Shown here: positions 39,810 to 50,138 of the stretch, one piece after another | Layout of the letters: every line of letters begins with the position of its first letter | How positions within the stretch are numbered: position 1 is the stretch's first letter | DNA from: Takakia lepidozioides | Lineage: Eukaryota; Plantae; Bryophyta | Assembly: GCA_030704615.1 (NCBI GenBank) | Contig: CM060734.1 | Span: forward strand, 2,542,001 to 2,606,000 | Length of the DNA stretch: 64,000 bases | Direction: 5' to 3' | The notes under the pieces: generated by a model | The model's input: only the letters and a program-made list of their open reading frames with translations | The model's database searches: none | Told to the model about the DNA's origin: nothing | Program-made: the position numbers and the translations under genes

Positions 39810-42800
39810 TTACTCACATGAAAAGTCGTTGTCGACCTGCTTATCTTCGGGATCGTCATCATTTCGAATTTGAATACGATCAGTCTGTGTGCCTGAAGTG
39901 GAGCCAGACAAAAGGGGGAGGAGCACGGTGTTGTAGAGGTCAGAATCACCCTCCATGCCAAAAAGGCTTCTTCCGCCTGCCTTGCATGCGTGGTAAGTTG
40001 CTCCTGCACCAGACAGGAGAACATGAACAGTTTGGAGGGGGGGATTTAAGCAGATGAAACTGTTGAAAGGAAACCAATTCGGAAGGGAAAAAACGAACCT
40101 GTGGACACAGAAAGATCGACCACCCGTGCAGAGCGGTGGCTGCATGACTCCAGCAGTATTTGCATGAATGCTGGTGACTTTTCCTTTGCACCTCTCCAGG
40201 GAGTGCCATCTGGTCTCTTCAGAGTCTGACTGGACTGCATGAAGTTGTACAAAATGTCATCGACATGGGGCTCATAGGGGGGGTTGACGAAACAACCCTG
40301 GTCAGAAATCTCAAAGCTGCGGATGGAGGATGGTGTCTTTGATGTGCGAATCCTCCGCAGGCAGATCGCCTCGAACATCCTCGTCTGCCAAAGATAGCAG
40401 GTTAGTGTGGTAAACACAATCTAAAGTGGAAGTGTGTACATCGGCTATTCAGAACTCTGACACAAAAAAATCATGAATCGTTGATGATCGGTGTCGATCA
40501 TAAAACATTCTACTAGAGTGGAGCTGCAGAGAAAATTGAAACTCATGATCAAAGCACAAGCAGAAGGGAGACGGCATACCAGCTGACCAGGGAAACCCCC
40601 TTTCACAAGGTAGAGGCTGTTCACACAATTCCATGTGCGCAAAACTTCAAACCCTGAAGACTTGAGGTATGATGCCAATGCCCGACGACTATCATTGTCA
40701 CATGACTGAAAAAGCAGAAGTGTCCCTGCATCAGAGAGGAAATTGTTACAGAACCCGAACACCCAACTCCAGTAGTTGTCCTCGAATTTGTTCCAGCCTG
40801 GCGTCTTGCCCTTTGGAAGAACTTCTGGCACAGCCTGGCCATCCGGGATGTCGAGAATGACAATGTCGGCCGCATAAGTTTTCTGCACACCGCACACGAA
40901 GGTGGGACCTGTGCTCACCTGCAACAGACATGTTTTTTATAAGAACGATGGCAAGAATGTTTTCAAAGAACGAGACTGAAATACTGCCAACGAAACTTTC
41001 AGAGAAAAGGAAAGAAACTGGAATTCTCACCAGATTGAGGAATGAGATTATATTGTCCCAGGTAGGGGATGGCACCCCAGTGTATCCTCTCTTTCGACTC
41101 TGCATCATCGAAAGCCAACCCTCATTAACAATTTTCATCTCTCCTGCTGAATCAGAACGGGAAGGGTGTGGCTTGGCATCGAACACGCACTGAAGAGTGC
41201 GGGTATATCTTCCAGCACTAAAGTCCTGCCCACTCTCCATCTCCTTTTCATTCTCCTTCCCCTTGTCCTTTTCCTTCTCTTTGGACTTGTCTTTGTCCTT
41301 TGGCTTTGCTGGTGAGATGGCTATGACATCAACAGCCTTGTCTTTTGGTTTGCGGCCCGCCTTCTTTCCCTTCTGCGGCGTTCCCTGAGCATCAGGCTCC
41401 TTGGCAGCCAAGGTTGCTATGTTTCGTTGATACTCTTCGTCAGTCAAAGGCGCCAGCATCTCAGCGTTATTGTTCAAGTATTTCATATGCTGTTCTTGAA
41501 AGGTCGTGTGCTCAGGTGGGCAGTCAAGGTACCACCCACAGTCTCTGAAGTGAGAAGGACTCCAGTCCTTCAATATCCCTGCAGTATACATGGTTGGATC
41601 GTTTGCAGGGTCCGACCACATGTCAAGATAGTCGGGAATTCCGCTCAGGTGATTTCCTTCCATAAGCACATATTTCGTGTACCTGAAAAAAGGAGATGAA
41701 TCCCAACCCACAAAAGCGCTCAGTGAGTAAGATGCAAGTAGAACAGAAAGAATAAAACATGGATTGAAATGGCTCTGACAACTGCTCCAAGGACCTTTCA
41801 GGACCACACTACTGCTTCCAGATATGAATGTCGTCAACGCCATTCAGAACATTCCATTCCATGACACTGTAAATACATCCTAATCCAGGTGAATGCAAAT
41901 AATCGATTAGAAATGACACAGACATAGAAGTGAATGTCGTCAACGACATTCAAGAATGAAGCCAAATTATTACTTAAATGAAGCAAAATCACAGGATGGA
42001 AATAAAAAATTGAGTAAGGAACCATCCAGGAAAACTCAATGCACATTCATAACGAACCTATCACTGAGGACCTCACAACATCACTGTATGTGAATGGCGT
42101 CAACGCCATTCACAAAAATACAAAAAAGAAACCAATTACTTAGCTCCCCAATCCATGTAAATTGAATTTGTCGCTTTTGAATAATACAGACACAGCTGTG
42201 AATGTCGTCAACGACATTCACTTTGGATTTCTTAAAACAGAGCTTATCAAGCCTCCACATTCATCGCAAGAGGAAAAAACAATGCAGAACAACTGAATGT
42301 CTGCATTGACATTCAGCAAAATGAAGTGAGGAACCCTCACTGTAACCTCTATGGACATTACAAAAATTTAAATAACCTTGAGGACCTCTCAACAACTCCG
42401 TATGTGAATGTCGTCAACGCCATTCAAGGACATTATCAATTCTAATCAGGGACAATATAATTGCACCCTTAGATCCTAACCAGGTGAATTCATATACTCG
42501 CTTAAGAATGACTCAGACAAAGAAGTGAATGTCGTCAACGACATTCAATCTGGATCTAAGATTGCAATCCATATGAAGCCACATTTTTTCCCAAAAAAAC
42601 AGTAGAGTTTCAAGTATGACATTGCACCTGTACACAACTCGCATCATGGCCCACTCTCCTCCAACCTGACTGTCAAAGTCGTTGGACCGTAAAATGTTAC
42701 CATCTTTGGAGAACTCCCGGAAAAAACAGTATCTCCAGGTGAGACCTCTCCACTTCCTTATGTATGCCTCCAATGACATTTGGGGAGGGGAAACAATCGC

Positions 42801-45116
42801 AATGTTCAGGTCCTTCAAAGTCTGATCCAGCACAATGACGGCGCGCTTTTCGAGCTGCAAATAGTATATTTGTCAGAATTGCAAAAAAGATACACATCAC
42901 ATACTTGAAGAGAAGAAACAGCATGTTCGAATACACACCTGACTCCAAAATGTAGCCTTGTGGAGCCAGTTATCAAACACCAAATCACTGATTCCTTCCA
43001 CCTTTGTGCCAGGCTGTATGGTGCTCTTTGGGAACTGATTCAAGTCCTTTACTGTTTGATCTGAGTTCCATATCTCCAGCCACCTTATTTTTGTTTGTGG
43101 GTCGACCATCGATATGGCCAGCCGGTGCAATTTCTCCTGCTGCATCTCCGGATGCACATGCTTGTCATAGTGTGTTTTGATCTGCTGAAGGAACTCAGGA
43201 CCAAGTCCAGGATCTACTATTCTAAGCTGCTTTCCGAAGGCTGACATCAATTTGGTTCTTCGCATCTCAAACTCCTTCTTTATTGCAGCTTCCACACCCT
43301 TTGATGTCCTTAGTTCCTCTGGTGTAGTGCGGTAATATTCGGATTTTCCCTTCTCAGCTGCCTCTGCCAGTTCTTGCTGCATTCATTCAAGTAGTGATTA
43401 GCTCCGAAGGGACTCTAAACATGTATTCGAAAAGTAAACAGATTACAGACTCGGGCTTACCGCATACATGTACTCCAGAAACGCCTCTCGTGTCAAAGAA
43501 TACCAAGTGCCTGCAGCTCTTCCTGTTTCGCACTTCTTGATGATATTGGGTGGTAGTACTGTCCGAAAATCATCCAGCTTCATCAGACCAATCCTCTGAA
43601 TTCGGAATAGTGTGTGAACCAAGCTTGTTGTCACATGCGATTTCTCTGTCGATCTGCAAAAACATTGGAAACATTGCATTCCTTAACACTGTTTTTTGAG
43701 GATTAACAAGACACTACAGAGGGAATCAAATCTCCTGGATGACTTACTTGTTCACGTCGTGCATAGCTGTAAGAAGCCTAGCGATGTCGTTTCCTGGATC
43801 CAAAACCATTGCCTCCACAGCAACATGCTTGTCTTTGTCTTTCGAATGGTGTTTCTGAATGTATCCCATCCATGCCAGCAATCGGTGGTTGCCGTCCCAG
43901 ACGTAGAACATGTGGTTGCAGAATTGCTGGGTGTTCTTTCCCATCATGAGGCCCAGCTCGAACTCCTCATTGGCATCTTTCCAGCACTCATCCCAGTTAT
44001 CACTGATCTCTGGAGAAACTAATGTGCTTTTCCCATTTATATCCGTCAGTGACACATAAAAAACTTGTGCACCAAGTCTATATCCATGCACAAAATCACT
44101 CTCCAATTTTGTTATGTCATGGGAAAGAGGTGGACGCACAACAGGCATTGATATCATCCGGCACAGAGGTATGTCCAGACGCCCTCCAGATACGAGCATG
44201 TCCCTTATAACCTCCTGAGAGTTTACCTTCTGGAATGACATGAGTTCTTTCACCTTGTCAAGGTAGTGCACTTCGGATTCATCTGCTTCATCTGTATTCT
44301 CTGAGCTTTTTGCGGACTCGTCCCCATCTCCAGATCCTTTCCCCTCTGATCCTGTAGGCTTCGACCTCACAGTTTTCTGCACGATGCCATTCAGTTCTGA
44401 CTAAGTGATTTGCAAATAGTGAATGGCGGTAACGACAATCACTCTGTATCAAGGAAACTCACCATGAATGGTGTGAAAGAATTCAGCACAATCTACACAT
44501 GCAAAGCCGAGACTGCCGTATTCAAAACAAAAGCGAGAGCGATAGCGAACGGCGTTAACGACAATCACAAAAGATAACAACCTGCCGGATCGGTGTTGTG
44601 TAATGACATATATGTGCAACTGATTGGCGGCAACGACATTCAGTGTAGTTTAGGGAGAATAGTAAGTGCAGACTCTCTCTTCAAACACATAGGTACATAA
44701 ATCTCATGAGGAGAATCGAATGGCGTTAACGACGCTCGCGATTCAGTAGTTCCTGCTAAAGAATGGAAGAGGAAGGACTCCTTGAAAGGCAATCAGACAG
44801 ACTATATGATAAAACTTACTGGCACCTTCTTAGGTTTTGAAATTTGATCCCCTTCTGCAGCTTTCCTCTTCCCTCTCACATCTGCTGGAGTTTCTGTCTG
44901 CGCAAGGGTTTCTTGACCTTCTTCAGGTTCGGCGTTCCGCGTGCTTCCACCTTCTTCAGTGTCCCTGCGATTCATCTCTGCCTCCACAGGCTGGCGCACT
45001 CTTATCGCCGACTGTGTCGCAGCCGCTGCCTCAGTCTCCGTCTGCTCTTGTGAATCAGTCTCCGCGTTCACCTGCTGCCTTGGCCCTGTGTTCTCCAACA
45101 AACGACGCCTCGTCAT
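39810..45116 (-). CDS. ParB-like N-terminal domain plus beta-class N6-adenine/N4-cytosine DNA methyltransferase-like protein, about 1084 aa, 9 exons
   Basis: Exons 45116-44820, 44376-43748, 43653-43461, 43376-42939, 42854-42628, 41682-41031, 40918-40580, 40384-40099, 40003-39810. All GT-AG, in phase, no stops. ParB/Srx motif FYVWDGNHRLLAW. MTase motif IV-like ADIVILDIPDG precedes X-I-II-like EKSPAFMQILLESCSHRSARVVDLSVSTGATYHACKAGGRSLFGMEGD. The true start may lie upstream of 45116. Confidence 0.88.
41826..42546. repeat. Seven 20-bp palindromes GAATGTCGT-CA-ACGACATTC in intron 5
   Basis: Copies at 41826, 41932, 42092, 42200, 42295 (degenerate), 42406, 42527; spacing 95-160 bp. Confidence 0.9.
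44421..44737. repeat. Four degenerate copies of the same palindrome in intron 1
   Basis: gaatggcggtaacgacaatc 44421, gaacggcgttaacgacaatc ~44547, gattggcggcaacgacattc 44622, gaatggcgttaacgacgctc 44718. Confidence 0.8.
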
Positions 45117-45970
45117 TTTCTCTCTTGCTCTGCGTCTCTCTCTAAGGGAAGTAAAATAAAGAGACTTTCTTCTCTTTCGTATTCTAGAAGGAACCCTCTC
45201 CAGCTTGACTACCACTCTCCCTCTAAGCGCGAAAAGTAGAAAAACGCAGTGACTCCCGATTTCTTGCGGGATTGCCTGTGTTCTTGCGTGTCTCTAGAAG
45301 CATCGGATTCCCTCCCGCGTGACCGTTACACATAGTCGTTTCCTTATTAGTGCACATGCCAGCAATTGGTGTACAGCTGTTCGTATTCAGTTATGGATGT
45401 CTGACGTGTGCCGCCCAAAAAAAACGGCGTGTTCTTTATTATAACGGGTTCAATATTTAAAAAGAACAGCGAATCCCAGAAATTGATGCGCAGTCTTAAA
45501 CAAATAAATATAAATGAACGAGAGTTTGATGACAAATTTTGGAATATCATACACGGTCATCCTTGTTATCCAAACCCCACATTCGTTTCACATTTGGAAC
45601 TTTCCAGGTGCGCATGATCATTGGTAGTAGTATATAGATACATTTACTTAATCTGCAATCCCATTCTCAGATCCTGTGGCATGCTTCCAGGAAGTCGGCT
45701 TTGTTATTGGGTTTATTGATGAGGTTCTGATTAACGGTTTAACAGTTGCCGACACTGCCCCTAGGGATTCTCTGACCACTGGGCCCACAAGAAAAGTAAT
45801 TAAAATGGACGGCTGCATATCTGGAATGAATAACAGAATATGCACAGTCGTTATCTGAGCTTCCTCCGCCATATGCTCTGCTCATTCTTCAACTGTGTTC
45901 TGGAGACAGCAGTAAACCGATTTACACTAGATCTGCGATAGCAAGGTACAAACATACTCGAGGAAGGAAG

Positions 45971-48900
45971 ATGGCTTCCTCTGAAGCGGAGTTCTTCTCA
46001 GACGACAAACCAGTGCCGTTCTCCCAGGAAGTCCTTGACAATGGATTTGCAATTGTTCTGGAACATGTCTTGGCTACCCGTTTTCAGCTGCAGAATGGCT
46101 CCATCTTTTTGGAGAAAGAGGTTTACGATCTGAAAGGGAAGTTGGTGAAATATTCTTTCCAAAACCGTGATGAGACGGCTCATATCAGCCAGTGGAGAGT
46201 GCGTCCTGGTCGATACAGAGTACTTGGAGAGCCTCGGCGAAAGTCCCTTGGGTCATATGTGACGCCCGGGACTGCTGCTTCGGTCGTTGAAGACAAGAGG
46301 GAGGTGGTGGTGAAAAAAGAACAGACTTCCTCCACTCCAATCGTTGAGCTTTCGGATTCTTCCGATGATGACATAAGTGAAATTCCAAATCCAGTCCTTC
46401 CTACTGTGGTTGCAGAAGCTGATGAAGAAGAGATTTGTAGTGTCATTCCAAAATTGCGGGCGATGGGAGGAATGGCTGGATTCAAAAGTGAGTTGCGGGG
46501 AATTGATTGGGAATCTTTGAAGCAGGTGCCTGTGAAGTTCTTGCCGGAGACTTTTGATGGCGATATCCTATTCGAGCTGCCTCCTCCTCCGCGAGTTGGA
46601 GGTGTAACAATCATGATGCATGGAATGGACAAGAAACACGACGGGCACCCGTGGTGCAGAACAAAAACATCCAATATTCAGAATGATGACAAGCTTGTTT
46701 TCAGGAGGACAGTTTGCAATGGACACCTTAGGTGTGATAATTTGAATTGCAGACACTTTCTTCAGTCTGGGTTCATAATCAAAGCGAATGGGAGGGTCTG
46801 GCGGAGAATCCATTTCAGCCTGGGACTGCCCCTCCACCGGCAAACACTTTCGTCTGCAAATTCTGCAAACTTGTGCCATCCTGCTTGGCGCTCTGCGGAG
46901 CAAGAATGTACTATGTTGTCCACCGTTTGAATACAATGACGAGAGCTTGTGTGCATTTTGGATTCCATAACCATCCTGTCTCGAAGGGGGATTACAGGGA
47001 GAGTGTTGAGACAGTATCGAGGTTGATCAAACAGGAGTTCGGGAGAAACCCATCCGCAACAACATCTGCAATTGCTCTTGGCGCAAGCAAGTCCTTCTTG
47101 GAAAGCCATATTTTGAGTGAAGGAGATTCTGTGGGGACTAAACTTGACGGTGCAGCATTGGACCTGGTCATGGATCATTTCTCCACTTTAAGTTCACCTA
47201 ACATTCGGCATCAGATCAATGCATTGAGAATGGGCTCTGGGATCAGAGGCTACATAGACAATATTTTGGAATTGAAACGACTGAGCAAGTACGATTACAT
47301 CCAGGACAATGTATTCCCAGGTCAAGGTGCCATCAAAGTTTTTCTTTTCAAAATGTCGACTGTTGGGGAGGGCAGTGGGGTTAGCCTCGTGAAGCGGATG
47401 CAGAAGACTGGGGACTTGCAGAACTGTTTTCTTATGTTTGATCATGTGAAACGAGTGAAGGATTGGACGACAATGGCTTGTCATGTCTACGATCCAGTGT
47501 ACCAACGAGTTATGACAATTGCAGTTTGTGACATGCAATCCGAGGATACGGAATCCCAGAAGCTCATGTGGAATTCCCTGATACGTGTCATGGGCTGCCA
47601 TGGGCTGCCATCTCCAAATTTCGCAGGTTTCATGGCGGATAGTGCTCAAGCAAATTTCAATGCTATTCGTATTGTCTTCGGATCGGGCGACCCAAAAGTG
47701 CCTATGCCAGGAAGAGAGCGTACATGTCTATTCCATTGGACACAATCTCTGGAAAAACATACAAAGTCGGACATCAAACCAGAGATGCAGACTCAGCACC
47801 GTAAATTGTGCAAAGAGTACAAAGATGCTAGAACAATGAAGGAGGCGGACACTTTGTTCCAGACAATTCGTGCCTGGTGGTTCTCTTCTGGAGCTGCATC
47901 ACTTGAGAGTATGAGAGCATTGGAAGATTGGCTGGCGTTTTGGCACTTCCGGTATAGACAGTGGGGAGCAGCCATGACAATGGTACGAGGCTTCTATTTC
48001 ATGCTTTATTCATACATTTGCTTTCCATATTTTTGACTCATTGCTTTCTTTATGTTGTTTCCTGTGCACTATTCTGAAGTGTGGTTATCCTCTTTGCAGA
48101 ACATGTCCATTGAGGAAATGGCGGACATGCCATCTTGCAATTTGGCAGAAACTGTGCACAATGCATGGTTGCAGCAGTCTGGGAAACGAGGTCGGGATTT
48201 GTATGTGGCAACAACAGATGATTTGATACGTGCCTTGCAACAACAAACCCGATACCGTGATTTCTTACGAGGTGGGGTTGGTGGCAAGGGTCCGGACAAA
48301 TGGGAGTTGATGTTGCGTGCTGCAAACAGATCTGGGGATCCAATCAAGATAGCACGGGCGGTGAGCATGTATGCCCAGGGAACGCCACTTGTTTCTAGAG
48401 TTCCACATCTTGAAGGGGAGGAGAGATTCGGCTCCTGTAAGAGGAAATTGAACACTCCACCTGGTTCGGATTCAGATTCCCACAGGGCAGACCGTGATAA
48501 CTTCTCGAAGCCTCGTGTTCCCCTGCATGACAGCTCCATGTCCGGAACCTCCATTGTGGAGGAACCTCCAACACGACGGCAAGCTCCAGCATCAAACCGT
48601 GCCACTGAAATGGTGCAGGAGAGAAACAACCCCCTTGATGTGCTTGAGTCCGCATGCCCCGACCACGTTTGGCACATAGAACGCACAAGTGTCGGGTCTC
48701 GTGTGAAATGTACAGCGATCAGGGCAACTAATTTCGAGAAGTGCACTTCATCTATATCCAGAGGTGGTGCCCGAACTCCTGCTCCGACTTTCACGGGCTT
48801 GATGCGTCCATACGGTCAACCAGAAGCCAAGAACCACAAGTTCTGGTTCTGCGCAGATGATTGTGCCAGATGTGTGCATGGAACTGTGCGTCCTTCCGTA

Positions 48901-49484
48901 GTGATGAAGCCATCTCCTCCAACCGTTTGGCCCGTGAAGGTGGGAACACATCTCAGCTTTCAGGAGATTGAAATGCTGGAGGAGGCAGGTTTTCCCTTGC
49001 GAGACAACCCCAACTCCATGCATGTGCTACTACTCCTGCGTCCTCCCGGGTCCCCCCGGCAAATCCTGACTTGTGGCCAACCAAACGAGATGGAAAGCTC
49101 GTTCGGCGTTTCCCTCCAACCGCTGAACACTTTGGCAAAGTGGAGTCCGCAAGAATGCTCCAAGCTCGTGTCGGAAGCACCACGGAAGTACCCGATCCAG
49201 GATATGGTCGGGTATTCACAATCATCACTTCCACATCTGCTGTTCATGACAGGACCTACGACATCACGGTTTCCAATTTCCCCAATTGCACATGTCCTGA
49301 TTTTGTGAATATGCTATCAACCAGTTTGGGCAAGAGAGGTAAATTCATACCCTGCAAACATTTGTATTTCATATTTTTGAGGAGGATGGTTTGCGATCCC
49401 AAACGTGACAACTTCATTCACCAGGCCACTATGAGTTTCAACGAGGTCGATACTCTTTTGCAGCGGGATACAACACATGGGTAG
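45971..49484 (+). pseudogene. Mutator-family (MULE) transposase: WRKY/GCM-like Zn domain, DDE core, extra Cys cluster, SWIM; two frameshifts
   Basis: W.RTKTSN..CNGHLRC..C..CKFC..CGAR..GFHNHP, MFDH (D1), FMADS (D2), CLFH, intron 47983-48099, CNLAETVHN (E), CTCPDF..PCKH. Frameshifts near 46770 and 49020. Confidence 0.9.
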
Positions 49485-49890
49485 CATGAACTATGTAATG
49501 TGGTATGTGGATGACCATGATTTGAAATGTGTAATTCACATCAATTCGTCGGCTGTGCAATGATATGGCCTCCAACTATACGGAGTGAGGTCTGAGTGAC
49601 AACTTTTAGGTAGTGCACATTTGTCATTGCACCGTTCGAAGTCTACATGTCTTGCTGTCGCTATGCACTACAATCATCTTTTGAAGATGATCATAACTCT
49701 CATTGTTATTTGAGGAGGGAGGAAGTCTTCTCGTGGCAGCCTTTATGGCGCACACTTTGTGAGGATATTTTGTCGTCTTCGTAATTGTAAAAGTGAAACA
49801 AGCATTTGTAATTGCACAATGTTGGATGCTGCAATTGTAGGCCTCAACGCTCGTCTTGATTCTATTTAGGCAAGATTCCCTGCATTAATT

Positions 49891-50101
49891 CCACGGTCAT
49901 AGGACCATCCACGGTTATAGGCGGCGCATGTTAATGCTGACGTGGCAGTTGACGGACAGTGCCACGTCATCATTTACCGCCACATCAGCATGCTGACATG
50001 ACGCTCACGCCACGTCAGCGTGTGTGCAGGCTCACGCCACGTCACTCCTGCGTGAGCGTACGCTCGCGCACTCACGTGCAACGCTCACGCCATTGCGTCG
50101 T
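49891..50101 (-). repeat. Right TIR
   Basis: Reverse complement reads acgacgcaat-ggcgtgagc..cacgtgag.gcg.gagcg..cgctcacgc..gccacgtca..ccgtgg..accgtgg. Confidence 0.85.
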
Positions 50102-50138
50102 TGCCCACAACACACAAGAAGCAAAAGACAACACGCAC

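Larger units (their letters stand above)
38791..50101. mobile_element. Complete 11.3-kb Mutator-like element carrying a ParB-DNA methyltransferase-like gene
   Basis: Exact 13-bp direct repeat tgcccacaacaca at 38778-38790 and 50102-50114, imperfect TIRs starting at the same offset on both ends, and divergent transposase and cargo genes. Removing it restores an 85-nt GT-AG intron of the outer gene. Confidence 0.93.

Noticed and set aside
37677-40918. One gene with two tandem MTase domains
   Set aside because: The inner gene stops at 39810, a TIR and TSD lie between the two domains, and the left domain splices to exon 6 at 50139.
41826-42546. CRISPR-like appearance of spaced palindromes (also 53050-55700)
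   Set aside because: Eukaryotic intronic context, no cas genes, spacers too long and partly homologous to each other.
39810-45116. Bacterial or phage contamination as the source of the ParB-MTase
   Set aside because: Eight spliceosomal introns, several diverged copies and embedding in plant TE and gene context.
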